Source: a virus (lineage: Duplodnaviria; Caudoviricetes). Taken from it: DNA of 36,190 nucleotides. Below the pieces are notes generated by a model that ran no database searches, was not told where the DNA came from, and was given only the letters and a program-made list of their open reading frames with translations. This document shows, piece after piece, positions 1-7,020 of the stretch (within the stretch, counting starts at the first letter, position 1; each line of letters starts with the position of its first letter). Location: IMG/VR virus record IMGVR_UViG_3300028585_000537, positions 1 to 36,190 of that record, one strand, 5' to 3'. Made by a program: the position numbers and the translations under genes.

Positions 1-108
1 GTCGATCCGCACGCCTGGCTGACAACCACGCTCACCGCCATCGTCAAAGGCCACAAACAAAGCCAGATCCAAGACCTGCTCCCGTGGAACTACGCCGCCA
101 ACGTGTGA
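1..108 (+). CDS. tnpC: IS66-family transposase TnpC, C-terminal fragment (5' part outside window)
   Basis: Frame 1 reads VDPHAWLTTTLTAIVKGHKQSQIQDLLPWNYAANV*, the typical IS66 C-terminal motif (DPxAWL...LLPWN). Confidence 0.9.
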   Translation, partial: VDPHAWLTTTLTAIVKGHKQSQIQDLLPWNYAANV

Positions 109-124
109 TCGGCACACCGCTTAC
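1..124 (+). mobile_element. Right end of an IS66-family insertion sequence
   Basis: TnpC stop is followed by ...ACACCGCTTAC ending at 124, the reverse complement of the GTAAGCG IS66 terminus. Predicted 8-bp target duplication is TCAGGAAC (125-132). Confidence 0.85.
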
Positions 125-127
125 TCA

Positions 128-152
128 GGAACGAATCGTAATACAATCGGTT
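128..152 (+). promoter_or_regulatory. Putative EcfG (general stress response sigma)-type promoter
   Basis: GGAAC-N16-GGTT, 50 bp upstream of the DUF982-like ORF; resembles the GGAAC-N15/16-CGTT consensus. Confidence 0.45.
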
Positions 153-202
153 GCAGATCACACTGGCGATAGACCGGTGGCTACACAGGCAGGATTTGGA
201 CG

Positions 203-430
203 ATGAAACCCAAATGGGACGATGCGGTGCCGGTGACGATGACTGGTGAAATGATCGATAGCAGTGAAGCTGCGGAAACGTACTTGCGACGCCACTGGGC
301 CGAACTCCCCGAGAGGGAGAGAGCTACTCTCTATCGCCGTCTGACTGTGGCACGGGAAGGCAGGGGTCCGCATGCTTCCGTACGTGACGCTTTTAAAGCC
401 CTTGTGTCGGCATCCGCACATCATCTCTGA
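203..430 (+). CDS. DUF982-like small protein
   Basis: Pattern W..AVPV...I.S.EAA..YL..HW...VRDAF.A matches DUF982; GGA-containing RBS upstream. Confidence 0.65.
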   Translation: MKPKWDDAVPVTMTGEMIDSSEAAETYLRRHWAELPERERATLYRRLTVAREGRGPHASVRDAFKALVSASAHHL

Positions 431-664
431 GGCGCATTGACTGATCATGGACTCCCTCTAGGATAATGATCCTGAGGCGACCATACAGGCCGAGCGGGGG
501 TGTTGTCCGGAATGCCTCCGCTCTCCCTTATGTTGTCGATTTCCCATGGATCGTATGATTAGCGGAACCGCCATTCTTGTAGAGGTTGCTGCCCGCGCAT
601 TTTCGACAATGCTGATGGCAGGTATCTACACCTGCGACATGCCAACCGAGACTCGGCAGGGACC

Positions 665-860
665 TTACCCCTTCTCCAGCAGTTGGTAGACCGCCGTATC
701 CGTGCGGTCATACACTCGCTTACCCCCACAATCGTATTCCAGCGTCAGATACAGCTCGATCCGCCTAGGGCGTACGTTCTCGGGTGGGGTCTGCTGCGCC
801 GCCAGCCGTCGCGTATTCGCAGTGATAGCCAAGACGGGTGTCGCCACCCCACTTTGAAAC
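665..860 (-). pseudogene. Relic 3' fragment of a homolog of the 2144..2743 gene
   Basis: RRLAAQQTPPENVRPRRIELYLTLEYDCGGKRVYDRTDTAVYQLLEKG aligns to the C-terminus of 2144..2743, with a 7-codon in-frame deletion and no N-terminal half. Confidence 0.85.
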
Positions 861-916
861 CTGCAGGAATCATCGTTGTCACCAGATATGGAGAAGCCGC
901 GCACGAGGCGGAGCGG

Positions 917-932
917 GTAATGTTCTATTAAC
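917..932. promoter_or_regulatory. CtrA-like box (1 mismatch)
   Basis: GTAA-TGTTCTA-TTAAC versus consensus TTAA-N7-TTAAC, upstream of ORF 968..1228. Confidence 0.4.
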
Positions 933-967
933 TCCGAATGCACATGATCGCTGAAGGAGGAACACCA

Positions 968-1228
968 ATGACCGAACGAGCTTTGATGATGGCGAACTCT
1001 CTATTGAGCTTGAGTGCATGTGCCTCGGCAGATGGTTTCACCGATGTGGCGCATAAGCTTCTCGCTCTTATAGATGAGCTTCCGTTGCCGCCGAATACTG
1101 TCCTGTCACAAAAGCCACTACCCCTGCGGGCCAGAAGGTATAAGACGAGCGTCCAACCAGTGATCTTACCAAGTGAAGGCGGCGCAATAGTTAAGTCACG
1201 GTTACGTGATGGACCGGTTTCCCGATGA
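968..1228 (+). CDS. Small hypothetical helical protein (moron)
   Basis: Strong RBS GAAGGAGG before ATG 968; shares a motif with 1641..1850. Confidence 0.6.
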   Translation: MTERALMMANSLLSLSACASADGFTDVAHKLLALIDELPLPPNTVLSQKPLPLRARRYKTSVQPVILPSEGGAIVKSRLRDGPVSR

Positions 1229-1274
1229 TTACATTTTGCTTGTCTGGCGGATGAGGATGCCGGTAAACGAGTGC

Positions 1275-1303
1275 GCGTCGAGCGATTGTTCGACGCTTTT
1301 TTT
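1275..1303 (+). terminator. Intrinsic terminator nested in a larger stem
   Basis: GCGTCGAGC-GATT-GTTCGACGC followed by T7; enclosed by the perfect inverted repeat 1246-1256/1307-1317. Confidence 0.65.
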
Positions 1304-1640
1304 GTGCCTCATCCGCCCTCGGCCCATCCGCGATAGCGGCACAATTACATCCTAGGTGTGCTCACAAACCGGGGCAGTTGACGTGTCGGTATCTGTGGAT
1401 AGAATCATCCGGTCTGAGGTAGACATGCAGGCAGAGCGGGGGCAGCTCCGGCGTCCCCCGCCGCCCGCCTAAATTCCATAATATGAGACGCGCTTTGATG
1501 AGCGATTGCTGCCAACGCCGAGACGAGCCCCGGCAACCTTTGCCATAGCACAATAGATGTGAACGTTGCAAAATCGCATCGTGCACGATCTAAGTTGTGG
1601 TCATTGTGCTGCATCCTCCTTCAGGATGTGCTAGCAGTGC

Positions 1641-1850
1641 ATGCACACGTATGAGGATATCACGGATTACCTAATGATGACCCGCAGCGAAATGGTGACT
1701 GCCATACTAACTTTAAGTGACAAAGCCGATCGCGCAGGCATGACTGATACTGCAAAGGATTTGGACGAAGTGGCGCATAAGCTTCGGGAAAAGAAGCCCT
1801 CTAGTCTGATGATGCGCCTTACGTCACCGTTTCTGGGACCTGGCGCCTGA
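1641..1850 (+). CDS. Small hypothetical helical protein (moron)
   Basis: 69-aa ORF with ILTLSDKADRAGMTDTAKDL, similar to LLSLSACASADGFTDVAHKL of 968..1228. Confidence 0.55.
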   Translation: MHTYEDITDYLMMTRSEMVTAILTLSDKADRAGMTDTAKDLDEVAHKLREKKPSSLMMRLTSPFLGPGA

Positions 1851-2052
1851 ATGAGGCAGCGGCACATCGACCGATGCGCGCAACCTGATCATCTGACGCG
1901 CCACAAAGGCTATCGAGCCGCGTCATCAGGACGTTCAAATCAACTCCGGTCCCTGCCAGATCAGACATCACGCTCAAAAGTGCTTTTACGGCAGCAGACC
2001 TGATCGCGACGACCTCATTTTCGAGTGCTATGATCTGTTCCAAGCGTTGCAT
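1819..2052 (-). CDS. Small hypothetical protein
   Basis: 77-aa amphipathic helical ORF with AGGGACAGG before the ATG; converges on 1641..1850. Confidence 0.55.
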   Translation of the reverse strand: MQRLEQIIALENEVVAIRSAAVKALLSVMSDLAGTGVDLNVLMTRLDSLCGASDDQVARIGRCAAASFRRQVPETVT

Positions 2053-2143
2053 CCTGTCCCTAGGGCTGGCGGCAAAAATAGGAGATTGGTAGTCTTCGTC
2101 TACCGTATGGTTTCAAACGCAAGCCGACTGCGCGGACTTCGGC

Positions 2144-2743
2144 TCACCCCCTCTCCAGCAGCTGATAGACCGCCGTATCCGTCCGGTCATAGACCCGCTT
2201 GCCGTCGCAGTCGTATTCCAGCGCCAGATACAGTTCGATCCGTCCGGGGCGCAGGTTCTCGGGCGGGGTCAGCCTCAGGTGCAGCCGTGTCTGCTGTGCG
2301 GCCAGCCGCCGTGTGCTGGCGGGAAGCACAGATCCGGGGGTCATCACGCCCCCGGCTTCGGTGAACAGCGACTCCCCACCCATGAAGTTGCAGTTCGCCC
2401 CAAGTGTGGTCCGTTCGATGACAAGATTGTAGACCACGTCCTCCCCCAGATGGACGGGTTCGGTCACGTAGCTCAAACCTTTGGGCTGGCGGATCACGCG
2501 ATCGTCCCCCGTGGCCTGTGCCACGTCCGCCCGCAGCTCCGCCACTTCAGCCGAGATCGTGGCAAGGGTGTCTGGTGATTGCCAGATGGCGGACACATTG
2601 GCCCAGAACGGCGTGGCGATCAGCAGGAACAGCGCTCCCACGGCCCAGAACGCGATCCCCGTCACCCAGACCCACAGCCGGTCGAGGAAGAACTGCTTTG
2701 TCGGCAAGAGGCGTTCGCCCTTGCTGTCGATGTTCTGGGTCAT
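2144..2743 (-). CDS. Membrane-anchored phage protein (N-terminal TM, short coiled coil, beta-rich domain); possibly lysis-associated
   Basis: Hydrophobic LWVWVTGIAFWAVGALFLLIATPFW, then ISAEVAELRADV; last gene of the late operon, with ATGA overlap. Confidence 0.7.
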   Translation of the reverse strand: MTQNIDSKGERLLPTKQFFLDRLWVWVTGIAFWAVGALFLLIATPFWANVSAIWQSPDTLATISAEVAELRADVAQATGDDRVIRQPKGLSYVTEPVHLGEDVVYNLVIERTTLGANCNFMGGESLFTEAGGVMTPGSVLPASTRRLAAQQTRLHLRLTPPENLRPGRIELYLALEYDCDGKRVYDRTDTAVYQLLERG

Positions 2744-2985
2744 TCTGTCGGCACCTCCGGCCAGTCTATCTGTTCAACCAGCGTGACGCCCTTAGGCGTC
2801 AGCCCGTCATATGCCGGAATGGCCCACTGCCCGTCCGCCGTCCGCATTGGGATGGCCCAGCTCTCAGTGACACGCTGATCGGGCGGCACTTCCATCCCGT
2901 CGCGGTATTCGGGTTCGCCCACGACCTCACGCGCCGCCCGCGCCTCTGCGGCGACGATGGCGGTTCTGCTTCCGACCCACCACAT
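2740..2985 (-). CDS. Small phage hypothetical protein (fibre-associated)
   Basis: 81 aa, translationally coupled to both neighbours. Confidence 0.7.
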   Translation of the reverse strand: MWWVGSRTAIVAAEARAAREVVGEPEYRDGMEVPPDQRVTESWAIPMRTADGQWAIPAYDGLTPKGVTLVEQIDWPEVPTE

Positions 2986-3305
2986 CAGCGAATATCCCGC
3001 GTGATTTTCACGACGATGAAACCACCGTTCGGCGCAGTTTCAACCGAGCCGTCGGCATAGGTTATCTCGAACTCCGCCTCGTAGAGACCGTCCATGGCCG
3101 TATCCTCGTCCTGCCAGAAGTAGATCACGTCATTGCCGTCGATCCGGCACTGCCCGCGACTGACAACAACGCGGCGCGTCACCGCCTCCGCCATGGAAAA
3201 GACCACGGTCGATCCTGCCGGGATCTCTAGCGGACCCGCGGCGGTCGAGAACGACCGGCGGATGGCAGGGCTGGTATCGCCCCGCTTGATGGAAAAGCTG
3301 TCCAT
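2985..3305 (-). CDS. Virion structural protein, BppU N-terminal/Ig-like type
   Basis: MDSFSIKRGDTSP...YFWQDEDTAMDGLYEAEFEITYADGSVET pattern; GAGGA RBS. Confidence 0.65.
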   Translation of the reverse strand: MDSFSIKRGDTSPAIRRSFSTAAGPLEIPAGSTVVFSMAEAVTRRVVVSRGQCRIDGNDVIYFWQDEDTAMDGLYEAEFEITYADGSVETAPNGGFIVVKITRDIR

Positions 3306-3312
3306 GTGATCC

Positions 3313-4336
3313 TCAGATGATGCGGCCGGAATTGCCGGACGTGGTAATGCGGCTGTCTGCGGCGGTGGAGATGCGGCCACGCGGGCGGAAGACGCTGCGC
3401 AGTCTGCCCTCCACCGTCAGCCCGCCGACGAAGCCCGCCCCGTCGGCGCGGGCGATGCTGCGGGCTTTGCCGTCCGCAATGATGGCGCCGATGTATCCGA
3501 CGCCACTGGCACCGGCGATGGAACGGGCAAGACCTGTGACGGCCAGCCCCCCGACCGTGCCACTTCCGCTGGCCTTGCCGATCGCACGGGCACGGCCTGC
3601 CCCGCGCACCCCGCCGACGCGTCCGCTGCCGACGGCCGTCTGCGGCTGGATGTAGAAGGTCGGAGGTGCGGCCCGATACGGGTGGCCTGCGGGCAGCTTG
3701 GCCGCGAAGCCGAACCGATGCGCCAGATAGCCTTGGAAGCGCTGGATGGTGTCCGCCGTCGCCGACGCTCCAAGTGCCACGGCATAAGCCGCCGAGCCAC
3801 GCCAACCCCGATTGGCATTCGGCGATTGAGATGGCCCCCACGTTCCGGCGTTGTAGGCAGAGGCCATCTCGACCAGCGACAAGGGCAGCGCTAGGATTGT
3901 GGCAGACGGGGCGGCTGCATTGACGACAGGTGCTGATCCCGCGTCGATAAACCCCGTCTGACTGCGCAAGCGGAGACGGTCATTGCCCGTGTCCGCATCG
4001 TTCCCCCAGAGGGTGCAGATGGCGCTGTCGGTGTTCAGCTGCGTCCCGTCGCGGAACTGCATGAACATCGCATACCATGCGGGCTGGAACGCTTGCGCCG
4101 TCGCGATCTTCAGCGAGTTGACGGCATCGGGCCAGATCATGGCGGGATAGCCCCCCACCGCGCCATATCCGGGTTGCAGGGAAGCGGTCGGCTGCAGCAA
4201 GGGCCGCACCCCCCCACAGATCCGGCACGGCGGTGACCTTGCCGCCCGCCACCTGTGCCCCCGCCACATCCCAGACGCCGCCATTGCCCCGCTCCGCCAG
4301 TGGCACATCGTCCGGTGTCCAGAGGCGATATGGCAT
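3313..4336 (-). pseudogene. Frameshifted fibre/structural protein (lectin/LamG-like N-domain plus Gly-rich repeats)
   Basis: Starts MPYRLWTP at 4336. The frame switches at a G7 run (C 4209-4215); G6 would give DLWGVRPLLQPTASLQPGY continuing to the stop at 3313. Confidence 0.75.
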
Positions 4337-4707
4337 CAGATCGTCTCGACCACGGTCAGCGGGAAGGCCGTCAGCTTCAGGCCCTCACCTACGGTGAAGT
4401 TCGGGCGGGATGTGATGATGTCGCCTCCGCCTGCCGCCTGCGTGATCGTGCCGGACAACTGCACCACGCCGTCAGCCGACCGCAGGATGAAGCGATCGGC
4501 TGTGCCGGCCTTTGCCATGATGATCTCCGGCACGTCGCGCATCGTCAGGACGCCGTCGACCGCAGCGCCGAACGCAGGCGTGGCAAGTTGCCCGGTCCCG
4601 ATGGTGTTGTCGGCCCCTGCCTGGATCAGCAGCGTGCCCCCCGCCAGCCGCGCGGCCAGCGCATCGGCCATCAGGTTGCGGGCGGCGGTGTTGGATGTCA
4701 GTGCCAT
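4336..4707 (-). CDS. Phage virion structural protein
   Basis: MALTSNTAARNLMADALAARL...GTADRFILRSADG; GGAGG RBS; late operon position. Confidence 0.75.
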   Translation of the reverse strand: MALTSNTAARNLMADALAARLAGGTLLIQAGADNTIGTGQLATPAFGAAVDGVLTMRDVPEIIMAKAGTADRFILRSADGVVQLSGTITQAAGGGDIITSRPNFTVGEGLKLTAFPLTVVETI

Positions 4708-4719
4708 GTGGCCTCCATG

Positions 4720-4741
4720 AAAAAGCCCGCACGCGGCGGGG
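4720..4741 (-). terminator. Intrinsic terminator-like hairpin
   Basis: Minus strand CCCGC-CGCGT-GCGGGC-TTTTT. Confidence 0.55.
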
Positions 4742-4773
4742 GACTGTCGGATGACGGTGGGCGGGATGTCGGT

Positions 4774-5409
4774 TTACGCGGCCTTCATGATGAAGTCGCG
4801 CAGGATCAGCCCCGCCTGAGCATTGGCACCCGCGAGGCTGATGGCCCCTGCCGCCTGAACACTGGCGTCGGTGATCGTCAGGACAACGACCTCGTTGACC
4901 AGGATCGACAGCTTCGTGCCCTTCGCCCGAAGGCCAAGCCGGTCGCCCGCCACAAAGGGCACGGCATCGGACAGGAACGAGTTCGCGGCGTTGATGATGC
5001 GGGCCGAACCGGGCACGGTATCCGCTGCGGTGTAACGCAGTCGGTAAACATCACCCGATCCGGTCACCCCGCCTTGCCTGCGCACATCGATATAGCCGAA
5101 GTTCGCCAGTTGCAGCGCTGTCGGTCGGACCGAAACCTCGACATCGGCCATGTTGAAGCCTTCGACGCCAAGACGGTATCCGGTCGTGCTGTTGCCGAAG
5201 TCCGCGCCCGCATTGTCGAGCGTGAACTTCGCGACATCACCCACCCACGTCATGGCCTCGCCGCCTGCGAAGCGGTCCGTCTTCCGCCCATCCAGAGTGC
5301 CGGTCCCGATCAGGCTGTCGGACGTGATGACAGCGCCGGGAAACAGAACACGCGGTGTGCCGGGAAGCGGGTTGGTGATAGCCGCAGCAGATGTGAAGAT
5401 CGTGGTCAT
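4774..5409 (-). CDS. Beta-sandwich (concanavalin-like) fibre-associated protein
   Basis: 211 aa, beta-rich, with GDRLGLRAKGTKLSILVN pattern; directly follows the tail-spike gene. Confidence 0.6.
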   Translation of the reverse strand: MTTIFTSAAAITNPLPGTPRVLFPGAVITSDSLIGTGTLDGRKTDRFAGGEAMTWVGDVAKFTLDNAGADFGNSTTGYRLGVEGFNMADVEVSVRPTALQLANFGYIDVRRQGGVTGSGDVYRLRYTAADTVPGSARIINAANSFLSDAVPFVAGDRLGLRAKGTKLSILVNEVVVLTITDASVQAAGAISLAGANAQAGLILRDFIMKAA

Positions 5410-5410
5410 G

Positions 5411-6955
5411 TTAGCCCCTTATGGCTGGGCCGCCGCAGCAGCGATCAATGAAGGATTTGAAGTCATCGGCGTTGAACCGGTTGGTGGCGTTGTGCCCGCC
5501 GGTTCCGAGGTTCACCAAGGTCACGTCGTTGTGCTGGGCCAGCTTGTCGGCCAGCAACTGGGCATGCAGGCCGAACGGCACGGTCGTATCCGTGGTCGAT
5601 CCGATGATCTTGACGGGAATACCACGCCAGCCGGTCCAGTCTGCATCCGCAGGGTCGAAGCCTGCGGTCTGGGTCGCGAAGTTCGATCCATCGGCATTGA
5701 TCCCGAACGCGGCGGCGACGTTGGCCTTGGCACCGGACGAGCCGTTCCGGTAGCGCTGCTCCACATCAATCGCAGGATCTGTCAGATACAGACCCATCAC
5801 GCCGGGCAGGACATCACGGGTCAGGGCGTTGCAGGCGGCCACGCCCCCCATCGAGTTGCCGAACAGGACGATGCCGGACACGGCAATGACGGAGGTCATC
5901 CATTCATAGATGGCCCGCAAATCCGTCATGGCATCGGCGTTGCCGTAGCTGTTGCCGTGGAGGGCGCCCGAGACATAGGCGACACCTGCCAGATTGGGGA
6001 GGCGCGAGAAGTCGCCCCGAGGCGACAGGCCGTTCGTCTCTCCAAAGCGGTCGGTGCCTTCCGCCACCAGAACGACAACCACTGGACGATCATCCTTATA
6101 GTCGGACGGCAGGGTCATCCGCACGGGCTGGCCGTTGATCGTCGCATTGACCGCGCCGGCAAGAGGTGCCGTGCCCGCCCTCAACCGCGCCTGCCCCGCC
6201 GCAATGGAAGACTGGAGGCGCGGGGGATACGGATTGGCACGGAGGGTCTTAGCCCCGCCTGCGACAAGCCCCATGTCGACAAACCGGCCCCACCAGCGCT
6301 TCAATGCAAAATCCGCGAATTGTCCATCCGACAGACGTAGAGCCAGATCGGTCGCATACCCATTCACATCATATTGCGCGAGAAGCATCTGCTCGCCGCC
6401 GATGGTGACGGATTGCCCCGACTGGATGCCGAACATGCGGCGCAGCACGTATTCCGCATATTCGTCCGGCAAGCCATCCCTGCCGCTGGAGCCCAGCCAA
6501 TGACGGAAGCCCGACGGGTCGAGAAACTGGATGCCGCCGTCCGCGCCGATGGCGACGAACACGCGTCGGTTCAGAGCATCCACCTGCACAGATTTATCAG
6601 CAAGCTCCGCCGCCAATGCCTGACGGGCTTCCTCTGCTGCGGTAAGATCGGACTGCTCGGCTTTCCCGTCAACTTCTGCAGCCAGCGCCACGCGGGCAGC
6701 AGCTTCGTCCACCACCGACTGAAGGGATGCCTTGGACGCAAGCGCGTCCTTGATCTGCTGAAGCGCTTCCGGATCGCCCATGGCCTGAAGGATCGCGATC
6801 ATGATCTCGCGAAGTGCAGCCTTCGGGAGGTTGAACACACCCGACCGGGGATCACCCACCGGAAGCGGAGCATCGACCGGCTCACCCGGAAGCCCGTCAC
6901 CGGTGAACCGCACATGGTCCCGTGTCACGCGGTTGATGTCGTTGATCGTGGACAT
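5411..6955 (-). CDS. Tail fibre/spike with C-terminal alpha/beta-hydrolase (esterase) domain
   Basis: Start MSTINDIN after GAGGT RBS; coiled-coil stalk; GNSMGG nucleophile elbow, then DTTVP and GGHN. Confidence 0.8.
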   Translation of the reverse strand: MSTINDINRVTRDHVRFTGDGLPGEPVDAPLPVGDPRSGVFNLPKAALREIMIAILQAMGDPEALQQIKDALASKASLQSVVDEAAARVALAAEVDGKAEQSDLTAAEEARQALAAELADKSVQVDALNRRVFVAIGADGGIQFLDPSGFRHWLGSSGRDGLPDEYAEYVLRRMFGIQSGQSVTIGGEQMLLAQYDVNGYATDLALRLSDGQFADFALKRWWGRFVDMGLVAGGAKTLRANPYPPRLQSSIAAGQARLRAGTAPLAGAVNATINGQPVRMTLPSDYKDDRPVVVVLVAEGTDRFGETNGLSPRGDFSRLPNLAGVAYVSGALHGNSYGNADAMTDLRAIYEWMTSVIAVSGIVLFGNSMGGVAACNALTRDVLPGVMGLYLTDPAIDVEQRYRNGSSGAKANVAAAFGINADGSNFATQTAGFDPADADWTGWRGIPVKIIGSTTDTTVPFGLHAQLLADKLAQHNDVTLVNLGTGGHNATNRFNADDFKSFIDRCCGGPAIRG

Positions 6956-6971
6956 GAATACCTCGGATGTC

Positions 6972-6993
6972 AAAAAGCCCGCCAGTGGCGGGC
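6972..6993 (-). terminator. Intrinsic terminator-like hairpin
   Basis: Minus strand GCCCGCC-ACT-GGCGGGC-TTTTT. Confidence 0.6.
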
Positions 6994-7020
6994 AAAGGTC
7001 GAAGCTACCCCGAACCCTTT

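Noticed and set aside
665-2360. Repeat pair as a diversity-generating retroelement TR/VR
   Set aside because: Mismatches involve all bases and are mostly synonymous rather than adenine-specific; no reverse transcriptase is present.
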